62,000 nt of DNA, from the NCBI GenBank assembly GCA_013265495.1, contig MU057809.1, forward strand, positions 186,001 to 248,000, in the 5' to 3' direction. Positions 37,501 through 48,355 of this stretch are shown in pieces. The notes under the pieces were generated by a model that was not told where the DNA came from, made no database searches, and saw only the letters and a program-made list of their open reading frames with translations. This stretch comes from Vicugna vicugna (taxonomy: Eukaryota). Position 1 is the stretch's first letter; the number at the start of each line of letters is the position of its first letter. A program made the translations under genes and the position numbers.

Positions 37501-39200
37501 TGCCTCCACCGGCTACCATTACAGACATCTGAGAAGCAGTTGCTCACTACATCCGGCCATCAGCGCCCACAAAAGAGCTCCGTGTTTTCATCTTAGGAGT
37601 CACAGCTTCAGAACCACTGTGCACGGGAGAAACAATGTGCCAACCAGACTACGGAACTGTCTTCCTGTCCCTGGCTTTAGTCAAAGTATACTTTCCCGAG
37701 CCCCGTCTCCCCAGCCCCGTCGGTGACGCACACCGCGGCTGTTCCAAGGGGGTATCCCACATCCTGGCTTATTTTCTGAGCACGTAAAACAAGAAAGTGG
37801 TTCAGAGTCACGACGACACCAAGAGGCACTCAGAGAGGTGTCGCCCTGTGCCACCTGCCCCGACAGTGCCCACCCTCACGGGTTCCTGGTTCTCCTTCCT
37901 GAGTTTCTTTTGCTCAGACACGCGGGTGTCACTTAGCTCCTCCTCGCTCTACCACGCGATGCCCCTGGACTTGGAGTTCCCACCCCACAGCCCTGAGGAG
38001 GTGGAGACGGAACCAGCCTTGGAGGGACTGTCAGCATGGGTCTGACCGAGGGACTGACCACCAGTGCAGGACTGAGAGAGGAGAGGACGTCTACACAGAG
38101 AACTGGACCAGCCGAGGAGCAGAGCACGGCCACCTCCAGCCCAGGCCTGTCGCTGGGCTGAAGCGGGGGTCAGGGCTGGCTGTCCCAGCGGGGGGCACAC
38201 CTGGCTCCTCCGGTCACCACCTCCCACTGGCCACTCCAGGACAAAAGCCAGCTGACTAGGGGGCCAGGGGAGGAAGCCCAGAGGGCAGGTCCGAGGGCAA
38301 GCAGGCCCAAGCCTTGTGCACACAGCGCCCCGTGGTGGTTGGACCCACACAAGTCACCCCAGAAACGCCAGTGCAGGGTCTGGACACCGGAGGGGTTTCT
38401 TCCGACAGAAGCTCCAGGCAGGGTCCCCGGAAAGAGCCGCTGGCTGGGGATGTGGGGCTTTTTCTGAGTAAAAGAACAGGAGGCCGCTTGTGCAAATCGA
38501 TTGATAAACGGAGACACCCTGGTTTTCAGTTTCAGCAAATGAGCTCTTGATATTAAACGTCTACTTTTACAAATATGGCCTGATATAAATCAGAGAATAA
38601 CCCTAGATTAGAAAGATACATGGTGTTCAGGTTACCAGAAAAACAAGAAGTCAGATGTGTCAAAAGCCAGGCACTTCCCACTTCCAAGCTCATCCTCTAT
38701 TTTGGGGAGGGAAGGAAGGAAGGAGGGAGGCAGGACGGAAGGGCATGTGTACTTATGATGACAAAGGGGAAACCGTTTTCTAGGGAACGACTTCCCCACA
38801 AAGTGTCTACGTAACAGGCTGAGCTCCGTGGACATTTAGCACGCCGGTACTGAGAAGGCACGCAGAGCACGGGAACATGAAGCCAGCATCCGTCCAGGTG
38901 TCGCTGTCAGATGTCACCCAGAGTCTCCACCTCCCCAGGGGCTCTGTCACACACCCATATTTAAAAATAAAACCCACACTCTTGGGGGGACTTGGGACTC
39001 CAAAAGAGACAATAGTTTTCCAAGCACTTTGGGGAGCTTCAGCAGACCAGCTGTTTCCCCAGCCGCGGGGTGCAACCCCCCAGGGAGGGGTGTCTGTTCT
39101 GATCGGGGTGGTATCTCATAGGCACCCCCAGCCCCTCCTGAGCCACAGTACCTACAGGTGGGCGGTCGGGCACCACAGTGGCCCCGCAGGCTTCTTCCCC

Positions 39201-39285
39201 TCAGGGTTCAGTCTTTGTCTCTGATTTTCCATCTATCAAGTCTCCAAATCCCAGCTTCTCCAGGGGTTCCTGTGCCATCAGCTGC
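39201..39285 (-). CDS. COX19: COX19 coding exon 3 (terminal)
   Basis: Acceptor ttccctcttAG|G; (R)[30 protein letters not shown] at 39203-39201. Total CDS 279 nt = 92 aa. Confidence 0.95.
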
Positions 39286-42200
39286 CTAAGAGGGAAAGCG
39301 AGAGCTGTCAAGGTGGCCAGGAGGCAAAGGAGGAGCCCCAGCCACACAGAGTGGAGTCGACACAGCCAAGAGGACGGCCCCCAAACCTCCCAGCACGTGG
39401 GACTCAGAGCCCTTCTGCGGCCCTCCTCCTCCCAGCTGGGGTCCGTGCCTCTGGGTTCGGGGGACCACCGCTGACGGAGGGTGGGCACGCACAGGGTGGG
39501 CGAGCCCCTAGGAGCCGGGTAGAGCAGGGCTGTGGTCGCCCCCACGTGGCCCAGGTCCGTGTGAAGTGGGCCGCGGAAGGGACAGCACAGCTGCCTCCTG
39601 TCCCGCACACTCCAGGGCAAACAGCCTGGGCTCGGCTTGGCTTGGTTTGGGGTGGGGGCTGGGGGTGGGCTGAGACCCACTTTCAGAGGCCTGCTGAGCT
39701 TCTTCGGGGCGGAAGCACAGGTCCTGGTGGGGTGCCATCAGGGAAGCCTGGCATGACCAGCAGCCGGGGGCTTAACAGGAACTGCCCATCCCGAGCCCGC
39801 ACCCAGCTGTGCGGGTCCCACCTCACTCATGCCCCGAGTTCACCCAGGCAAGCCGGCGAGGCACCTGGTCAGACGACCATCGTGCCTGCAGGTCTTCAGG
39901 GGTCAAATGCGGGCTGCCCTGAGTCCAAAGAAACGTAAGACAGCTCTGGGAGATGATCTGTCACCCAGACCGCCCGAGTTTCCTAGCAGCCGTCCCCAGA
40001 AAGAAACTGAAGGCAACCGCTTTGAACAGCTAGAATGTTTTGGGATTTGCTCTCAAAGACTTCAGCAGCAGAGATGAGAAGTGAGGAGGGAGGGATCAGA
40101 GATGGGGGAACGCTGGCAGCTGTCGACACTGGGACTGAGCGCAAGGGGGTCACCACACTGCTCTCCTTACTCTTCTGTGTGCTCGACAATTTCCTTTACA
40201 AAAAGCTGGAGAATCCACTCAAGAAATCTACTGGCAAGCCAGACTGCGTAAGTATGTGACCACGTCCCCCAGCCGATGGGCAGGCCTCGCTGTGGCTCCC
40301 TGCGGCCAGTGCCTGTTAGGTAGAGTGGCTAGCAGCCCTGCCCGCCCCCACACGGCCCTCTGGCCCTGGTCTCTGCACCCAGGAGGCTCAGGCAGCTCAC
40401 AAGTGTCAATGCCTCCAGCATGCAGTGTCAGCTGCAGCAAGACACTGTCACAGGCGGGGCAGACACACGTCCCCGCCCACCAGCAGCAGGGAAAGGACAC
40501 CAGCAACACAGAACCCCACCAACGCGAAGCCCCACACCCCAGCTGCACGTCAGCTGAAAGACAAAGAGTCTTCTCACATCTGGAAACTCAGCAGTTCCAC
40601 GGGAAGGGGGCGAGCCCAGCCTGGAAAGGGGCCCAGGGCGGGGTGCAGAGGCCCCAGAAACTCGAGATGGCAGAGCCACTGCCACAGCAGGGGGGCCCCT
40701 GGCAACCCCGCTCATCGTGTGGCCTCTGAACTTGCTGTGCTGGCCGGTGAAAAGTCAACAGAAGACCAGAAGCCAGTGTCCATGGCCTGGCAGAGAAGGG
40801 GGGTGGTGAGGGCTCCTGGACGGCTCCGAGGTCCAGTGCCCCACCACCACCCCCAGCCTACTCCAGCCTGGCCACGCCCACAAACCCAGAGGCCTGTCAC
40901 TATCCCTTAGGAAAATGTCCCCAGAGCCACAAACCCCAGGCAGCACAATTTAACCTGGTAGCGAATACAGTAACCCTATAGTGGTGGAACACAAGACACT
41001 CCTTAAACCCAAATCGGGCAAACGATGATACATTTCCCCATGTCCTGGCGACAGCACAGCAGGCCCACAGTCCTTAGGACTGACCGCTCAGGCTTCACCA
41101 GGGTCTGCAGAACGACCCCCCGAGGACACCCTACGCCCCGGAACCCGTGAGCATGACCTCAGGAGGCTAAGCTGCCGATTCTGACACGAGAGCCCTTGGG
41201 TTACCAGGGGGGACCCAGCCCAGTCCCAGGAACCCTCAAGTCGGAGTCAGAGAGGAGACGGGAAGAGCAGGACAGGACAGACAGACGCAGTGCCGCTGGC
41301 AGTGAGGACGGTGGACACGCGCCTCCAGGAGCTGGAGAAGGCCTGGAAGCAAGCCTGCCCGGGGCCTCCAGGGGGCCGGCCGGCCCGCCCCAACTTCAGT
41401 GTTCACTGGCCTCTCCGGGGGTGGGGGTGCCTCGGGCGTCCCAGGGGCCGGCTGCTCCACCCTCTGGCGCCCCACACACCAGGGAGCGGGTGAGTAGCCC
41501 CCGACGCCCACCCCACAGCGCAGGAACCAGGCTTCAGAAGGCGTATCACCGTGTACTTGCTGTACCCCCACCAACAGAGTAATCCCAACTTTCACAGCTT
41601 TTGCCAAGAGAACAGGTGACCCACTTCTAAACCCACACCTACAAGTCCTCATGAGGCAACTTAGAAACTCTCCTATGGTCTGGTTTTTAAAAAGATGTAT
41701 GTGAAGTAAGTAGGGGTGAAACAAGGTCTGGGATTTCAGCAAAAAATGGAAAAAAGGAAAAGAAAAGAGGTTTTCAAGAAGGCGGTGGGGAAGTAAACAT
41801 GCAAAATCTTCATACTGAACCTGGGTGATGGTTCCAGAGGTCCAGACTACCCTCTGTTTTTGCATGTTTGAGGAATTCCACTAGGAGAAAACTGAAAAGC
41901 TCTGGTCAAAATAACTGACCAAGTCAGAAACACACACACCCGTGCATTCAGCCAAACGTCGCCTGACCACCAGCGACGCCCCTGGACTGGGGAGCCCACA
42001 AGCCACCTGCACCACGGGTCCCCAGCAGGCCCCAGGCACGCTGGCCCCCAAGGGCTGTGCAGATCCCGGCACCACCACATGCAGGCCCGGGCAGCCCACC
42101 ACCAGGGGCAAAAGGAGAGCAAAGAGAGGGCTTTTCCACTGGTCCCACCTGGCAGCTGCCATCAGACCAGCCATAAGCCTCTCTGGACACCCAACCAGCC

Positions 42201-43372
42201 AACCTCTCCAGAGCAACCTGACACAGGAGCTGCTGGGCACCACGCTGGCACAGGGACGACTAGCCCAAGCTTCCGGGAGGCAGGCGACAGCTCACATCCT
42301 CGCACGGGGCAGAGACCGGCTCCAAACTCTGCCTCAAGGCGTGGCAGCACCCAGAAGAAACTCACTGGGCTCCGGTGTTTCAAAGATGCAGCAACTTAAA
42401 AGACAGTGATGGAAACACATGGACCCCACTGAAGTGCTGCTTGAAGACTCAAGAGCCGGCCTGAGGCCAGCCCCTTGTCAGACCTACGCCCCAGTGGGCC
42501 TGAGGGCAGACTCAGAAGGTAGCACAGGGGTGTCCCCGGAGGGCTGTGCTGCCAAGAAGACCATCACCCTCAAAGCCCCAAATGTCCAGACGGCCCTCAA
42601 CACCTGGGGCCTGCAAAGCACAAGAGAGTTTGCCTGGAGGGGAACGTCTGAGTTTGTTGTGGAAAACTGAGAACGGGGCTCCAAGTGGACTGATTTATGA
42701 CAAGGCCTCTGACTTAGTGAGCTGACGAAGGGCTCAAAAGGCAGAAAGAAAAGTTCCCACTCCACGCCGTAATTATATGTCTCACGCCTTCCCCATTAAA
42801 GTTTACAGTAGTTCTTATTTTAAGTAAACTCTTGATGGATCAGTTAGAGCGTTTGTTTTCTTTCAACGTGAGCGCCGGTGAATTCTGTTTAGGACAGGGA
42901 GAACCCCTCATCTTTCATCGTTTCTTATAGGACTATTGCTCCCCCCTCATCGTACTGCAAAAGGCTCGGGGCCTACATGGAACAAAACAGACCACACACC
43001 TTCATGCTCTCAGAACGCGAAAGAGGTACCCTGCGCACCCACAGCCTTCAATCTTTTGACTCAGTGTTTTCATGATGTAGATTCTGAAACCTGAATGACA
43101 TGTCAACAGCACCCAAAGTTGGAAAGAAAATATTCTGAGGAATGCAAACGTCTACAAAGCCACCAGTGGAGGAAAGGTTCCCATGGTTACTGAAGAACTT
43201 TCCGTATAACTTAATCTGATAAGCCTCACTCTTGGGCGGGCAGTCCTGCAGTTCTGAAGCACACACGCTAAACCCGAGGCCTGAAGGAGGCCTCACGTTT
43301 TTCTCTCAACACAAACGTTTTGGTGGGAGACGTGGGGCGGGGGAGAAGTCGTATCTGTTCCCAGGTACTTGC

Positions 43373-43484
43373 CTCTCCATCCTGCATTCTAAATATTCTT
43401 TTGACTCATTTCTGCACAAAGCATTTTCAAAATTATTGTCACGCAGACACTTCATGAATTTCTCTTTAAAGCTTTTACATTCAC
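43373..43484 (-). CDS. COX19: COX19 coding exon 2 (twin CX9C / CHCH domain)
   Basis: (G)[36 protein letters not shown](R); acceptor tttcAG; GC donor AG|GCAAGT; 112 nt. Confidence 0.95.
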
Positions 43485-44059
43485 CTGAAACGAAAAAAAA
43501 GTGTCCTTTTATTTTTTTATTTTAAAAATCAAAATTTTATTACCAAGTGGAAAACAGAATTATTACTACACAGATTGACACTGGAGATAGTTATTCACAC
43601 GTTATATCGATTTCTTTTCAGTAACCCAAAGCTCACGATAGGATATTAGCTTCAGATCAGAAAAATCTGAAAAGGCAAGAACAAATGATTACCAAATAAC
43701 TACAATTACACTTATAAAATTGGGAATAAAATCTTAATCTGCACTTAATGTACATCTTTTTTCCTTCTTCAGTGTGGAAAAGTATCCTTCTTAAAAGTGA
43801 AAACATGGCCCGCTCACCCAGCAGCCCTACTGCCTGCACTGCTCTTCCTTCAAAACTGGTTTCCCTCGGAAACATGCGGGAAACGACCCTGGGAAAACGG
43901 ACCCTGGGAAAACGAACGTACGACGTGGAACATGAGCTGCGGGAAAAGGGTAGAACCCCGGTGGTGGGCGCGGGGAGCTCACCGTAGGATTCCTTCAATT
44001 TTGCTGTGCTTGGAAAACTTCAGAGTGAAATGTTGGCAAACAAAAATCACCTAGAATCC

Positions 44060-44152
44060 GGGGGAGGGCGTCGCTCAGCGGCAGAGCGAGGTCCTGGGTT
44101 CAGTCCTCAGCACCTCCATTCAAAATAATGGTAATGATCTATAAACCTATTT
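44060..44152 (+). mobile_element. tRNA-derived SINE, camelid-type, in COX19 intron 1
   Basis: GGGGAGGGCGTCGCTCAGCGGCAGAGCG..AGGTCCTGGGTTCAGTCCTCAGCACCTCCATT..ATAAACCTA. Confidence 0.75.
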
Positions 44153-44199
44153 TCGAAGCCTTAGTCTCCGGAGGGTCACCTCAACGTTGAGCCTGAAAA

Positions 44200-44830
44200 C
44201 CTAAGTTCTGGCCGCTAACATGCGGCGACCGGGAGGTTTTCCGGTTCTGCCCGAGAACGCGCGACGAGCCGCCTGGGGCCCCGCCTGACCACCTGCGGCT
44301 TCGCCCCGGCGAAGCGGCTCAGGACGGAACAGCGGCTGCTGCGCTGCGACCGCCGCCGGGCAGACGGCGACCCCGGAAGCGGGGCTCCGCGTCGCCTCCC
44401 CGGTCCCGGCGGACCCGGCCGGTCCGGCTCCCACCCTCGGGCCGCGGCGGGCGGCCCGGGGCCGGCCCAGGGCAGTGCGGGTCCGGCCGGGGAGCCCCGA
44501 CCGCCCGCGCTCACCGAAGTGATCCAGCGGGAAGCTGCCCTTGTCCGGGGGCCGCGGCTGGAAGCTCTTGGACCCGAAGTTCATGGCCGTCGACATGATG
44601 GCAGCGCCCGGAGGCTCCCAGCGCGCCGCGCGCCGTACGCAGGGCGGCCTGCCGAGCGCCGAGCAGGCCCCGCGGGGGCGCCGAGCACATCGAGCGCCGG
44701 GCGGCTTCTGGCGGCCTAGGCCCCGCCCCGCCCCTCGCCGTACAGGCCCGCCCCCCAGGGCCCCGCCCCTGGGCGCCGACAGGCCCTGCCCTTTCTCCTT
44801 CGCTTTCTCCGCGGGGCCTTCCCAGTCTGG
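44200..44830. promoter_or_regulatory. COX19: CpG island / GC-box promoter of COX19
   Basis: CpG-dense; multiple CCCCGCCCC (Sp/KLF) boxes at about 44720-44770, upstream of the ATG on the minus strand. Confidence 0.85.
44515..44596 (-). CDS. COX19: COX19 coding exon 1 (cytochrome c oxidase assembly factor)
   Basis: gccatc[30 protein letters not shown]; donor TTC G|GTGAG; 82 nt. Confidence 0.96.
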
Positions 44831-44871
44831 TCCCCCTGACACTCACGACAACCCAGCGGCAGAGGGCCAGG

Positions 44872-44938
44872 TCATCTCCTTACGATGAGGAAAAGGAAGT
44901 TCAGCGAGGTTCAGCAGCTTGCCCAAGGACACACAGCG
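44872..44938 (-). mobile_element. MIR core remnant
   Basis: gatgaggaaaaggaagttcagcgaggtt..cttgcccaaggacacacagc. Confidence 0.55.
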
Positions 44939-45057
44939 GACTCGCACTGTGCTGGAAGGCTGCGCCTGAGGTCTCTGCATCCCTGCAAGTCTGCAGGGAC
45001 CCCTCCTCCCGGGCGCCGGCGCCTAATCCTGGCGCTTACCTGGTGAGAAGGAAGGAG

Positions 45058-45452
45058 TGCTAGCTTCCGTAACAAAGTGCACACTCTGGGTGGCTTAGAA
45101 CAGCAGAAATTGATTCTGTCACCATTCTGGGAGCTGCATGTCTGCGACTGGGGTGTCTGCCCCAGGCCTCTCCCTCCACACTGGTGGTGGGCCGGCAACC
45201 CTTGGTCTTCCTTGATTTGCAGAGACTTCACCCCATCTCTGCCTCATCACAGGGCGTTCTCCCTGTGTGTCTCTGTCCAGATTTGCTCCTTTTGTTAGCA
45301 CGCGGTCATCCTGGGTGAGGGCCCACCCCAGTGACCTCATCTAAACTACTTACAGCTGCCACGATCCTGGTCCCCAAAAGGTCACATTCTAAGATACTGG
45401 GAACTAGGGCTTCAACGTAAGGATTTGGGAAGGACACCATTCAACCACAACA
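45058..45452 (-). mobile_element. MLT1C-like MaLR LTR
   Basis: taacaaagt..ctgggtggcttagaacagcagaaattgattct..ttctccctgtgtgtctctgtcc..gggcccaccc..tgacctcatct..aaggtcacattct..attcaacc. Confidence 0.75.
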
Positions 45453-46537
45453 GAGTAGAAATGCATCCTGCTCAGGTCCCTATGCCATTTCTTACTGTTG
45501 CTGTGGTAACAATGACGACAGTGGAAGGGCTCAGTGGAGGCCCCTACTCTCCCCAGCAGAGGTCCTCCCCGCCCTGCACCTGGGCCGCCACCCTGACTCC
45601 AGGCCTCTGGCTTCCGTCTCCTGTCTGTGACTCCACCCTGAGCTCCAACCTCCATCCCCGCACCCACCCCACCCGTTTAACAAGTGCTGGCCCCAGCCGT
45701 GTGCCAGGCCCCAGACGTCCGCACAGAGGGCCCTCAGCATCGCAGAGCCGCCAGCTGGCCCCTCTAGACAGGCTTCCTCGCCCCCAGGCCCTGCCGTGAG
45801 CCAGCACCGCTGCTCCTTGTAGTCTTGGGGGCTTGCAGGGAAGTGCCCGGCTGGATGTGCCAGTGCCCCCTCCCCGAGCCTGCCCCTCCTCCAGGCCTGG
45901 CCCAGATGCTCACTCCTCCAGAAGGCATCCAGCTTCCCCCAACTCGAAGGGTCCCTCCACGGTGCGCACAAGCAGGTCTCTGTGCCTGGCGCTGGATTCT
46001 GCTGGGTGGGAATGCTGGTGGGCCGTCGGTGGGGGCCCACAGGGAGAAGCGGGTGGGCCCCAGGAAAGCCCATTCCAGTCGTCTGGGCCTGGGTCAGCCT
46101 GGGGCCACTTAAAACTACAAAAGGAAGACTGTACCTGTTTTTGTCTATCAACAGCGTTTACACCGCTGGAGCCCGGGGCCGTGCACTGGGTTATTCATCC
46201 ATGTGTTTCCAGGCCTTGAACAATAGAGGCTTGTATTACCCAGCAAACAGCACTTTTCCACTTGACTAGATCACACCGCTTAGCAGTGAAAGGGACACCC
46301 CTCCCCGCCAGGACTGCGCGCAGCCTCTCCATCTGTCGGCCCTGAGGGACCAGGGAAGCCTCAGGGGCCCAGTGACCTGGAGGTTACAGCCAGCTTTTAA
46401 CTGTCCCATCTGAACCTGGCAAATGGTTACTGCTTTATCCAAGATGTTTAGTGCTGCACAGGTACGAAAAGCAGGGGAGGAATCTGTGTTTTGGGAACCC
46501 CTCTTACGTGCTAGGCCATTTCACGTGGTATCCTGGG

Positions 46538-46597
46538 GCCTAGAACAGTGGCCCGGCACATAGTAGGTGCTCAGTTAATATTTTTTGAAGAATGAAC
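46538..46597 (+). mobile_element. L2 3' end remnant
   Basis: cctagaacagtggcccggcacatagtaggtgctcagttaatattttttgaagaatgaa. Confidence 0.6.
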
Positions 46598-46684
46598 GCA
46601 GTCAGGCAGGTATTACTACTATGCTCATCCCACACATAGACACAGAGGTCAAGTCCCTCGCCCAGGGATCTGCAGCCAGTGTAC

Positions 46685-47110
46685 GAGTTATCTACTGCTG
46701 TGTAACAAGCAGCCCAAACTCACTGGTGTGAAACAACTATCATCTGCTTTGCTCATGAACTTGCAGTGTGGGCAGGCCTCGGTGGAGACAGCCCCATGTG
46801 GGGTCAGCTGGGGTCCCCACACCAGTGTGTGCTAGGACCCCTGAAGACAGAGCACATGTGGCTGGGAGCTTGGCCCACATCCTGCAGGTGGTGGCGCTGC
46901 TCCCCACAGCCCTCTCCCGGCAGCCTGGGCTTCCCTGAGCCCAGCAGCTGTGTCCTACACAAGGGTTCCATGAGAAGCTGGTGGAAGCCCTGTCACTTTA
47001 GTGATCCAGCTTCTGAAGTCACACGGCTTTGCCTCCACTGTGGTCACCAGCCCGCACCCGGATTCAAGGGCAGGGTTCCCTGCTCTCAATGGGTGGTGGG
47101 CCAGTCACAC
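46685..47110 (-). mobile_element. Old MLT1 (F/G/H-like) LTR remnant
   Basis: ttatctactgctgtgtaacaag..cccaaactcactggtgtgaaacaac..tgctcatgaa..ctgaagtcacac..gattcaaggg. Confidence 0.55.
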
Positions 47111-48094
47111 GAAGACCTTGCGGGCTGGGCACTGTTGTCACAGCTGCTATGGGAAGGTGCCCTCTGCCCTCGCTGACCAGTGGGTGGAGGGGCTGAGCCG
47201 GGAGCCAGGTCTGTGTAACTCCAGCCCCCTCTGGGGAGCACCCCCGCCCCTGGTGTCAAGGCCAGATGTGGTCTGAGCCCCAGACAGAGCATGGCAACCC
47301 CAGCCCGCTGGGCCTGGCCGACCAGTCTGACCAGAACAAATCTCAGGCTCCCACCTGGGCACCAGGGTACGGTGGGTGGGCCAGCTCACTGGACCGCAGC
47401 CCAGATGACGCCAGCCCGGGCAGCAGGTGTTGTCCTGCCACCAGGGACAGAGAGCCCCCCTCCCCTGCCCCCAGGAGTGAAGCCAGCAGACCCAAGGGTG
47501 AGGAGAAACCATCCGGATCCTAATGCCATCACCCGGTCCCTGGATCAGCCTCTGTCTGAACCCAGATACTGCTGATCTTTCCACTTCAATAAACTCTGCT
47601 GCCAAAGTGTAATTTTCAAAAGGCTCCCAGACAAGTAGACACTGAACACGTGTCAGAGCTTTATCTAACCTGGTGACAAGGGAACTTGGCTAGATGGTGA
47701 GGCTGGTTCAAAGAGGAATTGCTCAAAGCCTGACCCATCCATGTGCCGCCGGAGGAGACAGACTGCTGAGTTGGACAGAAGACTGGTTAATATCTTACAG
47801 AACAATAAAGCCATAGCCTTTCGGGTTATCTTCTCTGCCAGACAGAACTCTCTCGCATTTTATGGGGGAACTGCTCATGGCTTTCCCATTTTATGCAGGT
47901 TGGTGTCTAGCTGTGTGGCACCTGGGCCCGCTGGGCAGTAAATGGCGAGCGAGACACAGCGGCCCTCCTGGGGTGCGATGCCACTCAGGCAGGCCAGTGA
48001 GACAATGACCCAGTGAAGGGACACACTGTCACCCATCGGCCTCATTTCTGCCAATTCTGTGTTTTTCTGAACACAGCTTGCATGGCTCTCCTGG

Positions 48095-48355
48095 GCCGGG
48101 GGTGCTTCAAACACGATAAACATACACTCCTGCAACTCTGGAGGCCAGAAGTCTGAAGTCAGGTGTCATAGGGCCACCTCCCTCTGGCAGCTCCAGGGGA
48201 GGGTCCTTCTTGCCTCTTCGAGTGTCTGGGGGCCCCGGTGTCCCTTGTCTTGGCCACATCCCTCCTGTCTCTGCCTCTGTCATCGCGAGGCCGCCTTCCC
48301 CGAGGCTCTGCGTCTATCTCCTCTTTTCAGGAAGACACCAGTCACAGCGTTAGGA
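48095..48355 (-). mobile_element. MLT1 LTR fragment
   Basis: tctggaggccagaagtctgaagtcaggtgtc..ggagggtccttcttgcctctt..tctctgcctctgtcatc..acaccagtca. Confidence 0.65.

Noticed and set aside
43885..43914. 15-bp tandem duplication GACCCTGGGAAAACG x2 (also a 14-bp duplication at 53411-53438)
   Set aside because: Ordinary slippage duplications; no spacers or array structure, not CRISPR-like.
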